From positions 126,544,001 to 126,608,000 of the forward strand of contig CM059432.1 in NCBI GenBank assembly GCA_030390025.1: a stretch of DNA of 64,000 nucleotides. The letters run 5' to 3'. Numbering within the stretch: the first letter of the stretch is position 1; every line of letters starts with the position of its first letter. The notes under the pieces were generated by a model. It did not search any database. It saw only the letters and a program-made list of their open reading frames with translations, and had not been told where the DNA came from. This document shows, one piece after another, positions 1 through 12,911 of the stretch. This DNA comes from Squalus acanthias (lineage: Eukaryota). A program made the position numbers and the translations under genes.

Positions 1-91
1 TCTGGGCAGCGTAACGGAATCGAGAACCTGGAAATCAGTTCAGAAACCATGGGATGCTGTGATGGCAAGCGGCAGTTGATGCTGGGTCAAA

Positions 92-240
92 TGTTAATTT
101 TAAATCTGAGATTGATAGATTTCTGTTAAGCAAAGGGATATGAGGCAAAAGGCGGGTCGTGGAGTTAGGTCACAGATCAACCATGATCTCATTGAATGGC
201 GGAACTGGCTCGAGGGGCTCAATGGACTCCTCCTGTTCCT
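92..240 (+). mobile_element. CR1/HER1-type LINE 3' end
   Basis: gagattgatagattt...aagggatatg...ccatgatctcattgaatggcgg...ctcgagggg; same tail as the CR1 copy at 43005-43428. Confidence 0.8.
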
Positions 241-2588
241 AAGGATTGCAGGGTGAGAGGGGAAATGAGGTCCCTTCTAGATGGATGAGCTAAGATGGGC
301 AGAGTTGCCTTTCATAGCAGAATCGGTTTTGCAGGTATAAAGTACGATATTACGCTCTCCTCTCATTAACAACCAGAAATTTGATTCTTGATTACACTGG
401 TGCAACAATATTTTTTATTAAAAATACAGTTGTTTACAGCAATGATATTAAAGTGATATTTATGCAACCGCAGCAGTTTTGAAGCACATTAAGCAGCCGC
501 TTGTAATGAAGTGTTAGTGAGTACTACATCCTTACTATGTGAGATGGGAATGTGAAAATCACAGCACACGACAGCACAACCCTTCTGCTCATAGATTTCA
601 ATTTGCTAGACAAGTATTTGTCTGGGGAACGTTAACAAGTGACCTGGTTAACAGCACCGTGCTCTCCCACGGTCTTGTGAGAGGCGAGGTTTATTAGCAG
701 CTCAGTACTTTGATATTCTCTCTCCCTGGAACTTTCTTCTCCTTACACAAGACCACCAGTCAAGAACAGAACAGAATCCTGCGCGGCCTTAACTAGCTCA
801 TTGCTGAAAAATAGAAAATTAGAATAAAGTGCCAAAGTACCTCAAAGTAAACAAAATGAGAAGACAGAAAGCAATCAAAGGGAGAAATCCAGTAGAAAGT
901 AGCTTTAGTTACAATTCATACTACTTCATTTTTTGCTTCATTTAAAATGCAGTTCTCGATTAAAAAAAAGGTATAGGAAACAATGCAGCTAAATGAAAGA
1001 CTACATGAAGCGATGACATGACTGCGGGATATTACTCAGAATGCACGCAATGCCAGCATTGTCCCATCCCTAGCTCTAACAGTAATGTCATAGGGTAAAA
1101 TTTCAACAGTACCGGGTTAAGAACAGGAGGTCTGTGAAGGTGAAGCAATTATTGTCATGCATGTACCTTTTTTTTGTCTTAATTTAAAAAGGTAGTTGAG
1201 GAGCCTCTGAGAAGGGAGAAGACCTGTGCATAATTGTCATGACTTAACATGCAGGCGATGTGACGATGAGTTTCCTGTAATGTATGTCACTGCATGGTGT
1301 GCTCAAAACAAATTTACAAACAATATTCATAAACACCGTTCCTGTTTAAAATGGCCTTGGACTGAATTTGCCATCTCAAACTAATTGATAAATTACATAA
1401 CTATTATTCTTAAAGTGGCAGGGTTCCTCGGAAAAAAGTGTTGTCCAAGAACTTTATCATGTTTAAAAACAATGATGTGATCGTTGACATGCTAACCTCA
1501 AATAAGCTGCTTACTTTTAGTTCAGTTTTTGCAAAAATATTATTTTACAAAGTTTTCTGCGGCTGCAGATTATCTCACCTATTGTAGTATAAACTGGTCA
1601 TTGGTCCAGACATGGGCTGGAGCAGATCAACGCTTGGAGCGACCAGTTCTAGGAACCTGAACCAAACCGAAAACTCCTCTTCCAATCAATGAACATCCCT
1701 TATTCCCTTTAAGCTGTGTTTGATCTCAACAGTTTTCTTTGAGCGTGCTGAAGGTCTGTGTTGGGCCTACATGCACAAGTCTCATCAACCAATCATTCCA
1801 TTGCTCTGCGCCTTCCTCCTCCAACAAATCTCAACCAGCCCAGTGTGGGCTCAACTTAACTGCTTTCGCATCAGTAGTTTCTATGAAGGTCAACCTGGTT
1901 ATTTTCTTTAGAAGCAAGATGTTATTTATTACCGTCAATGTCAGTTAGAGGGATACAACGCTCGTTTAGTCAATCATTCACCTTTGACTGCAGTCCCTCA
2001 GCTTCTCAGTGACAGTGTACGCAGAAAATACTACCTTAGGGTGTTGAGCTAGACTAAGAGGGCTTTGCCACAGGCGGCTGATCCAATTAACGTTTCATGG
2101 TAGGTCCAAACTTTGAACAACAATGTTACCTCACACGAGAAAATGGTTTTATAGGCCTGAAATTCTGCAAGGATTCTCAGGTCCTCCGCCATAAAAAAAC
2201 CAGCAGACACCCGGTGTGACCGGCTTACTTTTCTGTGGGGCTGTGCCAGTCTCCCACCAATCTGGGAGAACACCCACGGAATTTCAGGGCCCTTGTCTTT
2301 ATGCGCAAGAAAGTGCAGGAACTCTTTGTGGTCACGCTTCCCACTACACCGCTGCTTCATTTAAATCAGGCTTGGGTAAATTTGACGAGTTGGGGCTCCT
2401 GTTGCATAGGCTTCTTATTACGGAGGCGCACAATGACCTGAAAAATCACACAGCCCCCCAATCAGGAGCGGAGACTTCCTTTCCCCATGTGATCAACGTG
2501 GCCTGTTAATACTGTGGGGTTGATTCATCCATGGTGAACTGTGCATGCATGAGATTCACGTGGCTTTAACACTAATTGAAGAAATGCC

Positions 2589-2675
2589 GGGGGTAAGTTT
2601 CATCATCGGCGAATAACGGGCGGTCAATCTGCCGCCGCCAGTTTTCTGCATACGTTGAAGTTGAAAATTACCCCC
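2589..2675. mobile_element. Tiny MITE, Harbinger-like TIRs
   Basis: Left GGGGGTAAGTTTCA vs reverse complement of right end GGGGGTAATTTTCA (13/14); no clear TSD. Confidence 0.55.
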
Positions 2676-5600
2676 ATGATTTTAACACTACGTAACGGGA
2701 ACAAACTTTGCATATGGCTAGTGAGCCCAAGGCTGTATTTGTGACACTGCTGGTTCGACCATGGATCTTACCAGATGTGGGGGGTGGATAGTCCCAATAG
2801 GTCAGGAATGATGAAAGTGCACTGCGGCACTATATTTGTGGTAGAACCAGCCTACATGTTGCTGATGCAGGTTCTTCATATTTGCCGTTTGTAACTCTTT
2901 CAATCGGAGGCAGTGAATGAAAATCTGATTTGAGCAGAATTGTGTTTCCTCCGATAGCATAACATCGGGTCATTTATACTGCCAGTTTACCATTGCTGGT
3001 ATAAACAGGCATAACATCCAACTCTTTTCGTCCCTGTGGGCAAGCACCTGAACTCCTATCATTCTACAACCCCTTCTCATGACTCACATTAAGTCATGGT
3101 CCAAGGATCCTTAATCAAACTACTTTAAGAAGCTGTTATACCATGGTCCCACATTTATCTGTTTATTAGTTTGAGCAAATGGTTTATATTTTTGATCTAG
3201 TACCATCCAACTAATTAAAAAACAATTGCAGATCTTTTTTGGAAGCTCTTGATTACATTAGTTCCCCAATTGTAGCTGAAAACTGGGAAGGTACAATAAT
3301 TATTTCCCAACCCTAGGCAGAAATACAACTTGATGTTAAGCCCATCAAAACGACACAAGCAATACTGGGGGATCCCATACAGAAACTCCTCACAAATCTG
3401 ATCAGTGGCTACCAGTTCCGTTCCTGTTTCATGTAAAGCAACAGGAGAAGATGCACATAATATGGTGTTATGATCTATGTGGAAAATTATTTCAGGAATG
3501 CATAAAAGACATTTACAATATCACCAAACTCTTTTTCTTCCTCTAATTCTTTCCTTTTACTGCTTTCTTGCAGGTGCTGACTAACATTAGGATGCAGTTC
3601 CTTGGGTGTTCTGTTAATCAGTTAGAAGCCTGAAAACATGTAAATCAGCTTTCAATTTTCCCAATGTCATACAGACTGTCAAATAAAATCATTGTGGCTA
3701 ACAGTGAGTCTACAATCTCCAAAGCAAAGAGCAAATTGATACGATTTATAGAATTATAAATTTAAGTTTCAAGTGCTTGTAAATCTAAACATAAATTATA
3801 CTAGCATATTCCAAAAACATTGAAACTAGCAATTAGTGGGAATTTTACACCACGCCTTATTTTTGTTTCCAGCGAAGTCAATGGAAAAGAAACTCGAGCA
3901 GGGTGTAAAACGGGCTGCCAATTCGCTAACGCCCATTTTGAGCTTTTGCCAAAGACCAATTTTAGCCCCACTGACTTAAGGACCCAGATCGGAGAGAACT
4001 CATCCCCAATGAAACAGAATCAGAGAAACAAATGAGAAAATGATCAAAACTTCTGAGCATTGTATCAAAGATCCCCATAAGTACAAGAGCCGAACCTAAG
4101 CATTAATGGATGGCTCATGTAATCCCGACCCATTATATAAAACCATTGTGTGTAGTGTGCATCTGTCACATTCCAGACGGCACAATTCATATGTTGCTTT
4201 TTATTACAAATGCAAATGGGTCTCCCCTTCACCCAGTGTGGGGGTCCAAGAAGTACCCCATGCAGAAACAGGGTTGGCTATATAAGTTTCCAAAGTCTTA
4301 ACAACTTGGGTGCCAAAACCCCCTTCACAACACTGAGCCTATAATATCAAGGAATAAACTTGGAGGAACTGTAAGGAAGTCATTCACAACAGTACCTGGG
4401 AGCAGCTCTTGGTCCCTTTAAATACAATTTGAAACACTAGCCTGAGTACCATCACCCATGGTTTTTGGCAGGACCAGGAAGTGACAATATTGGGGAGGAA
4501 AGGTCAAGAAATCATGTCATACTGATGTCATGTGCTCCTAATTTGTATATATTCATGAGACTCCATCCGTTTCAGATGGGAACTCTGCATGTCAGAAATC
4601 CAAACTCCCGCCCTCGCCCTCGCCCTCCCCCCCCGTAAATTGTGCAACCCCAGAAATTTGTACTGCGTGGACAGGACTAAATCCCACTCCAATTTTCAAT
4701 TGACACTGCTCCATTTTCGGACATGAATAGGGTAGTGAAAAGATCAAAATTGGGCCCATTGATTCTACCATTTAAAAGCCATTTCTTAACCATTGATCTT
4801 TTTTGTTCTTTTCCCCTTTCTGGTACTTAGGGTCTCGTGAATCATTGCGCCAATTGTTCCACTTTTTTCTTGCCCTCCCCCACACATTATCTCCGCCAAT
4901 GGGTTTCCCAATGAGAATGAGGTGTTCAGAAGAAGAAAAGGAGGACCATTGGAGGGATGTCAGTAGGGTCAGCTTGCACTAGCGTTGTTCTGTGCCCACC
5001 TGCTGGTACCCACGTCAAAAATTGGAGGCAGACATGAACGTAGCTTGCAGATGATTAATACATGCAGAAACTCCTATTCCCAAAGGAAGCTGGAACAGCA
5101 ATGACACCACTAAGATGTGTGAATGTCTAGCAGCAATGTTGGGGATGCTTCCTTGGAAGTACCATCACAATAGATCATGCTTTCAGTTGCACTGAATGAA
5201 AGAAGGCATGCCCAAGTGATCGAGAATCATATCTGCAAGCCCTGGCACACCTACCAGCTAACAACTGTGGGAATCTGTCTTCAGAGGGTGCAGTTCATCA
5301 GAGAGCCAGATGCAGAGCTGGGACATCTGCTTCAAGGGCAACTGCATCCAGTGACAATAACGGTCAGCTGCTGCCTGATACTTAGATCCACCTTGTTCCA
5401 AACAATGTTGACCTGTGGATGGTGCCATGGTGGCCCTCCTCACAACCACCTCAGAGCACCACGTCCACTTCAACAGCCATCAAGCAGAGGTTCGGGTGCT
5501 GGCACTTGCCTGCAGACACGTGCCGTCACCGTCCAGAGATGGGCATCCTGCCACATTCTAACATTTCTTGCCTTTCACCTTTATGGACTGAAAGGGATTT

Positions 5601-6192
5601 TGTTTTAATTTATGTTATGATATTGATATACAATTAGATTCAGTATCTAAAGGGTAAATTCCCAGGGTTGCAGCACTCTTTGAGAATGTTAATGAGCTAT
5701 CCCGAAGGAAATGAGACAGCGCTTAGACTACTTTCGAGTTGCGAGACTATGGGAAGTCATTGAACACATGCCATAACAATTCACACAACTGGTTTTCACT
5801 CAATATGCCCAGCGGGGGAGTGATGACATTTTCTGAGCAGACAATTACTAGGTGCTATAAGCTTCCCCAACAAGGAGGAGGTACAGTTATGTCAAGGTGG
5901 TAACATTTCTTGGCAGTTCAGCTGACCAAATTTCAACACAGACAGTATTTGTCTTTCTTTCTCTCCCTCTCTACAGGAGGCAGTCTGGAACAGTCAGAGA
6001 CACAAAGGGATCGCTCTCTTGAGGTAGTCAGTGTAAGCAATTAGAAACACGCATACAGGATTGAGTATGACAGAGTGAAGCCGTATTGTTTGTAACCAAA
6101 AGTTAGTACCAATTAGGTTTTTTTTGGCCCAGAATGGCGATAGGGACTCATGCCTGCACCTGCCAGGGGTGGGTATCCAGTCACAAATTAAT

Positions 6193-6879
6193 GGCCCAGA
6201 TTTTAGTGTCAAAATAATGGCAGGTTTAATGGCGCTCACTGTTATTAATGTCTAAATCGTCCAGGAACTTGTGATGAGTAAGAGATACCCCGTGAATTGC
6301 GAATCACTGCAAGTTGCTGGATGATTTGCGGCGCTCCCCAGTTAGCCTCGCGAAAACAGCAGCTCGCCCTCAACCTCCCAGTGAGTCTCATGAAATTGCT
6401 GCATTTGCGCATTAATTGCCAATTAAACTCACAGCAGAAAGTTAGGCTGGCAACTTAACAGTACCTTTAAGTGACAACATTTATGTTCCTGCAATGCTCT
6501 CTGGCCCAAAAAGGGAACAATTGAAACTGTGGAGTCTCATTTCTACAGGCAGTAAATTTTTTTAAATTTAAAATGTAAATTTCTTTTCTTACTTTTCCTG
6601 TCGTTTTTCCCCTCGCAATCCAATCTTTCTTTCCCTCTCTCCATTTCTCTTTCTGTTCCTGATTTGACCCCAATTCACCCTATTTCCTTTTCCATCGTTC
6701 CTCTGTCTCTTTCTCAATCCTCAAATCTCACTGATTAAGGAGATAAGACTGTTGGTCCTGTTGTTCACCAAGATACCCCATTTGCCCTGCAGGGCAAAAA
6801 ATTTGAGCTAAAGGATGAGGGAAAATGTCTAACTAATGGCGAACACCACGAGATGCCCCATTCCAGCAAAACCTGGGCC
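6193..6879 (+). mobile_element. Non-autonomous PIF/Harbinger-like element (MITE family A)
   Basis: TIRs GGCCCAGATTTT / AAAACCTGGGCC; AAT on both flanks; interior similar to 32348-32822 and, inverted, to 19614-20374. Confidence 0.75.
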
Positions 6880-7289
6880 AATGTTTTATTTCTGAAATTT
6901 TGAAATGGGAGTTTGCGACACGGTGAGCGAGCGCTCAAGATCAACTCAGTGAGTTATGCAGCTAGGGACAGGAATGCTTGGGCATTTTCCCATTGGTTGT
7001 AGCCTGTGTCAATCAGGGCAAGTCCCTCCCTTCAGCACAGCTGTGGCCCCTGCATCAAAAAATTATTTTAACCCTCACAAAATTTAGCAGGACCACACTT
7101 TCCGCTGTAACAAAGAGACAAAAGAAGTCTCTGAAAATTATAAACGCGCTGTTATACAACCTAAATGTGGTGATGCTGGAGCACCTCAGAAATAGTGGCC
7201 ACAATATGGTGGGGCTTAGAGTCAGGCTTACACTAGAGGGGTACTATATAAACTCTCAATTTTCACAAAGCAAGTTTTGAGGGAGAGGG

Positions 7290-7970
7290 GCGAGCTGAAG
7301 TGGTAGACTGGACCCAATATTTACAAGGGAGGAGCACAGAGGAAAAGTGGAACACTTTCAGCAATACAGTGCTGTCAATACAAAGTACCTATTTACCACT
7401 TGGAAAGAAGTGCTACAGAGAAAAAAGGGATTGGAAAATCAACACGGGCAATAAGAGATGCACTGTAGGGGGTAAAGTCAGAAAGAAAGAGCTTTCCTCA
7501 TGTATAAAGTCAGATGTAGACCAGAGGACAGGGAAGAGTATAAAAACAAGAAGGTGGTTAGAAAACTGGTCAGGAGAACCAATAGTAGACAATGGGCCAG
7601 AACTCCCCCAGAGCTGCTCCTGCCATAACTTCGCCAGGAGTGCGGCAGAACGGAAGCAGCTCCGCGGAAATTCTGGCCCCAAGAGATCAAATGTGCTTGA
7701 GCACAAAAAAAATCTAGGCTGACACTTCAGTGCAGTACTGAGGGAGTACTGCACTGTCGGAGGTGCCAGACAAGTGAGGCGTGGGAAAAGGGAAAAAGAA
7801 TGTGAGCCAGTAAAGGAAGAACAGAATAGGATTTCTCTCTATAGTGGGTGATCAAGAGCTGGAATAGGTTTCCAGGAAGGATGGTTCATGCCAGGACACT
7901 GGTTCAATTTAAACAGTGGAATGGGGAGACGGTGGGTACTGGAAAGGTGACATAGAAACAGGCTGAAGAG
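7290..7970 (+). mobile_element. Old degraded CR1-like ORF2 fragments with later insertions
   Basis: VDWTQYLQGRSTEEKWNTF resembles the CR1 post-endonuclease region; 7820-7900 resembles the CR1 3' end. Confidence 0.4.
7594..7679. mobile_element. Tiny palindromic MITE
   Basis: GGGCCAGAA...TTCTGGCCC ends with internal gagctgct/agcagctc complementarity. Confidence 0.55.
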
Positions 7971-8402
7971 CCCTTTTCATCCAACACTATCTTGTGATCT
8001 GAAGCATGACCGAGGGAAACATTTTATTCATCAGGCCTCCTTTATGAAGTACAAGAGACTATTTTAAAATGCTTATACTAACCCAAAAGTCATCCCATTT
8101 GGTGGATGGCAGTAGCTATTCCTGCACCCATTTCTGTAATTATGCAGGAGTGCTGGACACTGACTCGTGCATTCCCAAACGTTAACAGGACGGAGCACCA
8201 ACTTACAATGTTCTTTTGAGAGTGCACAGCCCTGCCAGTGGGCAAAACGCGTAGACCTTTCATTATGAGTCTTATGAGTCACTTCAGATGGCTGCAAAAA
8301 ATAGTATGGAAAAAGGAGCATTCTGCCATACAGTACAGCCTTTAGTGTATTAAAACAAATGTAAAACGTCAAAATTCTGGGTTTAGCTACTTTTTAGTTA
8401 AA

Positions 8403-8841
8403 AGAGACTTGGATTTCTATCACGCCTTTCACGACCTCAGGAATTCCCAAAGCGCTTTACAGGCAATGAAGTACTTTTGAAGTGTAGCCACTGTTGTAAT
8501 GTAGGAAACGTGCCAGCTAGTTTGCACACAGCAAGATCCCACAAACAGCAATGTGATAATGACCAGATAATCTGTTTTAGTGATGTTGGTTGAGGGATAA
8601 ATATTGGCCAGGACACCGGGGAGAACTCCCCTGCTCTTCTTCGAAATAGTGCCATGGGATCTTTTACATCTACCCTAATGTCTCAATTGAAAGACAGCAC
8701 CTCCGATACTGCAGTGCAGTGCTGAAGGAGTGTTGCAGTGTCAGCCTAGATTTTGTGCTCAAGTCTCTGGAGTGGGACTTGAACCCACAACCTCCTGACT
8801 CAAAGCAGAGAGTGCTACCCACTGAGCCACAGCTGACACCC
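8403..8841 (-). mobile_element. tRNA-derived Deu-domain SINE (SacSINE1-like), near full length
   Basis: Minus strand: A box TGGCTCAGTGG, B box GGTTCAAGTCC, core aaagatcccatggcact...ccccggtgtcctggccaatattt, L2-like tail. Confidence 0.8.
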
Positions 8842-9182
8842 AAGTTCTTCAGTAAAGGCTCGTCTGTTTTTTGTGAGCCTTCCCTCGAATTGTCCCTCAA
8901 TTATGGTGAACGCCTCTCAGCAGAAAGCTTCTCCACTGCAAACTTAAAATGGGACCAAAAATCTGCAGGGCCAACAACCTGGTGTAAATGCCATGATGCG
9001 CTCACCAGAGTATGAAGGGTCAGGAGAAATTCCCCAACTTAAATATTACTAATGGATACCCACGTCATTACGGGCACATCCCAGAGGAAGGGGGTGGGAA
9101 ATGCGATGCTGCCAAGCTACTCATGAGCCAGCAAGCACCAGTGGGCCAGAAGAAGCCAAACAGAACTCCCACTGTCCCCTTT

Positions 9183-9358
9183 AAGAACATAAGAATCAGG
9201 AGCAGGCCATACGGCCCCTCGAGCCTGCTCCACCATTCAATAAGATCCTGGCTGATCTTCGACCTCAACTCCACTTTCCCGCCCAACCCCCATATCCCTT
9301 GATTCCCCTAGAGTCCAAAAATCTATCTCAGCATTGAATATACTCAACGATTCAGCAT
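9183..9358 (-). mobile_element. CR1 3' tail
   Basis: taagaacataag terminal repeat plus ggcccctcgagcctgctcc, as at 12070. Confidence 0.85.
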
Positions 9359-10361
9359 GAAAAAAAGCTGAGGGTCCAGACCAAGTCCCAGGCTTGGACC
9401 CCCAGGTGGGTTCCACTTCCTCCACCCGGCAGGAATGCCTCTGCTCACCCGACATACCAGCTGATACCGAGGCGGGGCTGAGGTCACTCCCGGCCTGGGG
9501 GCCCTCTTCCCCAGGCCACATCCCTCAGCCCAAAACATGGGCACCTGCACCAGACAGAGGTTCTGCCCTAAACAAGGCCCCATGGACATTAGGATGCAGG
9601 CTGAGACCAAGTGTATCCAGGTCAGGGTCTATTTCCTGGGCCTTCGACTGCAACCCCAACTGACTGGTTGACGAGCGTGCCAGAATTCCCACGGAGTTTG
9701 GAACTAATGTTTTCAACACTATCAAATTATGGGCCACTAAAGCAAGTGACCAGACTTTATTTTAATGTGAATATTCCTATTAATTGAGTATCCACTAACT
9801 ACAACTAGACATTCCTTCCACCACCACCCCCCGGCCCCACCCCCACACCTCAGATACTCTGTTGTCCGAGGAGGGAGGAAACAGAATGGTGCCAAACATC
9901 CATGGTCTTTCCAGCAGATCCCTGCTCTAATATCACCCGGATATTGCCGGGACAGCTGGAAACTGATAACGTTGGTTTCCGAGAAGGCCTTGTGGGGCCG
10001 GAGTCTCAACCTGCACCTTACAAGACCACTGATTTAAGTTGGGGGGGGGGGGGGGGGGCGGCGGGGATGAGGTGGGGACTCAACATCAGAGAGCTGGCAT
10101 TTAGTCAGCACAGGTATGCCTGGTGGCTGACCCAAGTAGGTCACTTGGAGGACCAGGTTATGATCATGGTCTGGACACCCGCAGATTTGGCCTTCAAAAT
10201 TTTTTTTATTTTTTTTTTTTGAGTCGTTCTCTAAGCTGTTGTATGCAGTTGCTGGGGGCAGCTACCACTTACCAACGCAAGGGGACCTCTGACATCACCT
10301 CCCGACCTGGCACCAACGTCAGACATTCTGCCTTCTCTTATATGACAGGCACCTTAGATGG

Positions 10362-10813
10362 CCAGGACAAAGCAGCCCGCTTGATTGGCACCCCATCCAC
10401 CACCTTAAACATTCACTCCCTCCACCACCAACGCACCGTGGCTCCAGTGTGTACCATCTACAAGATGCACTGCAGCAACTCGCCAAGGCTTCTTTGGCAG
10501 CTTCTCCCAAACCCGCGACCTCTTCCACCTAGAAGGACAAGGGCAACAGGCGCATGGGAACACCACCACCTCCAAGTTCACCTCCAAGTCGCACACCATC
10601 CTGACTTAGAAGTATATCGCCGATCCTTCATCGTTGCTGGGTCAAAATCCTGAAACTCCCTCCCTAACAGCACTATGGGAGTACCTTCACCACACGGACT
10701 GTAGCGGTTCAAGGCGGTGGCTCACCACCACCTTCTCAAGGGCAACTAGGGATGGGCAATAAATTCTGGCCTTGCCAGCGACGCTCACATCCCATAAAAC
10801 AAATATAAAAAAA
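10362..10813 (+). mobile_element. 3' fragment of second LINE family (Zenon-like, CR1/L2 group)
   Basis: QDKAARLIGTPSTTLNIHSLHHQR; tail gggcaactagggatgggcaataaa...cacatccc; matches about 14957-15365. Confidence 0.85.
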
Positions 10814-10939
10814 AGTGCCCCATATCGTGTGGGTGCCCACCATTTTCAGGGAAATTAGGGAAACTCCCCCCTCAACCTGTCCCATGGACTTTTGGAACCA
10901 ATATGTTTCATTTTCCCTCTTTATAACAGGTAAATAAAA

Positions 10940-11320
10940 TATTTATATTTATTTAGCACCTTTCATATCTCCAGGACATCCCAAATGAATGGCTTTTGAA
11001 CTATAGTCTCTGTTTTGTAGCCAAATGTTGCAGCCAATTTGCACATAGCAAAATCCCACAAAAGATGAGATGAATAGCCTGGGGCCCTGCCTTTGGTGGT
11101 GTTGAGTGCGGCAGGAACGATTGCCAGGACAAATCTCTGCTCTTCCTCAAATAATACCCTGGGATTTTTACAACTCATCCAAAAGACCGCGCCATTGACA
11201 GTTCAGCACTCTCTCAATACTACACCAAAGTGTCAGGCTAGATTATATACTCAAGTTCTGGAGTAAGACTTGAATCTACAACCTTCTGACAGAGGGAAGA
11301 ATGCTCCTAACTGAATTAAC
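10940..11320 (-). mobile_element. Degraded Deu/SacSINE-like SINE
   Basis: Colinear similarity to 8403-8841. Confidence 0.65.
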
Positions 11321-11410
11321 CTGTAAATTTGTAAGTAAAGCTGACAAAGAGTTAGGTTGGTTTAGGTGCAGGGGTATGGTAGCATAGTGGTTATGTTACT
11401 GGACTAATCC

Positions 11411-11885
11411 ATAAGAACATAAGGCGTAGGAGCAGGAGATGATCATTTGGCCCCTCGAGCCTGCTCCGCCATTCAATAAGATCATGGCCGATCTTGGCCT
11501 CAACTCCACTTTTCTGCCCACTCCCCATAACCCTTCACTCCCTTACCATTCAAAAATCTGTCTATCTCCACCTTAAATATATTCAATGACCCAGCCTCCA
11601 CAGCTCTCTGGGAAGAGAATTCCAAAGATTCACGACCCTCTGAGAGAAGAAATTCCTCCTCATTTCCGTTTTAAATGGGTGCCCCCTTATTCTGAAATTA
11701 TGCCCCCTAGTTCTGGATTCCCCCATGAGGGGAAACATCCTCTCTGCATCTACCCTGTCAAGCCCCTTCAGAATTTTATATGTTTCAATAAGATCCCCTC
11801 TCATTCTTCTAAACTCCAATGAGTATAGACCCAACCTGCTCAACCTTTCTTCATAAGACAACTCCTTCATCTCCGGAATCAACCC
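11411..11885 (-). mobile_element. CR1 3' fragment nested in the LINE leader
   Basis: LSYEERLSRLGLYSLEFRRMRGDLIETYKI...FFSQRVVNLWNSLP; ataagaacataag tail. Confidence 0.93.
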
Positions 11886-12069
11886 AGAGGCCTGGACCCC
11901 ACCACAACAGCCGGGGAATTTAAATACAATTAATTCATTAAATAAATCTGGAATAAAAAGCTAGTACCAGTAATAGTGACCATGAAACTACCAGATTGTC
12001 ATAAAAACCCATCTGGTTTACTACTATCCTTTAAGGAAGGAAATCTGCCATCCTTAACCGGTCTGGCTG

Positions 12070-12783
12070 AAGAACATAAGAATTAGGAGCAGGAGTAGGC
12101 CATGTGGCCCCCTCGAGCCTGCTCCGCTATTCAATAAGATCATGGCTGATCTACGACCTCACCACCACTTTCGTGCCCTATCCCCATATCCCTGGATTCC
12201 CCTAGAGTCCAAAAATCTATCTATCTCAACCTCGAATATACTCAACGACTGAGCATCCACAGCCCTTTGGGACAGAGAATTCCAAAGATTCACAACCCTC
12301 TGAGTGAAGAAGTTCCTCCGCGTCTCAGTCTTGAAAGACCAACCCCTTATCCTGAGACTATGCCCCCTAGTTCAGTACTCTCCAGCCAGGGGAAACAATC
12401 TCTCAGCATCTAACCTGTCAATCCCCCTCAGAATCTTATATGTTTCAATGAGATCACCTCTCATTCTTCTAAACTCCAGAGAGTATAGGCCCAATCTACT
12501 CAATCTCCCCTCATAGGACAACCCTCTCATCCCAGGGATCAATCTAGTGAACCTTTGTTGCACCGCCTCCAAGGCAAGTATATCCTTCCTTAGATAAGGA
12601 GAGCAAAACTGTGCACAGTACTCCAGGTATGGTCTCACCAGAGCCCTGTACAATTGTAGCAAGACCTCCTTACTCTTGTACTCCACCCTCTTGCAATAAA
12701 GGCCAACATGTCATTTGCCTTCCTAATTGCTTTCTGTACCTGCATGCTAACACTCTCTGATTCCTGTAGGAGGACGCCTAAAA
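12070..12783 (-). mobile_element. CR1 3' fragment nested in the LINE leader
   Basis: EYKSKEVLLQLYRALVRPYLEYC...GDLIETYKI; aagaacataag tail. Confidence 0.93.
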
Positions 12784-12799
12784 ATTTCAGACTCCAGAC

Positions 12800-12911
12800 C
12801 AATGTTCCCTCTAATTTTGTTTGGTGCTGTGCAGCCCCTTTAACCGCCCCATGCTTGGTTTTTGTTTTGAAAAGCCAGCTGTGCAGGTTCCCTAGAGCAC
12901 TGCGCAGCTTA
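12800..12911. mobile_element. Possible hAT-type non-autonomous insertion with truncated right TIR
   Basis: Starts CAATGTTCCCTCTAA, ends ctgcgcagctta; host cagac occurs on both sides and the leader resumes after it. Confidence 0.4.
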
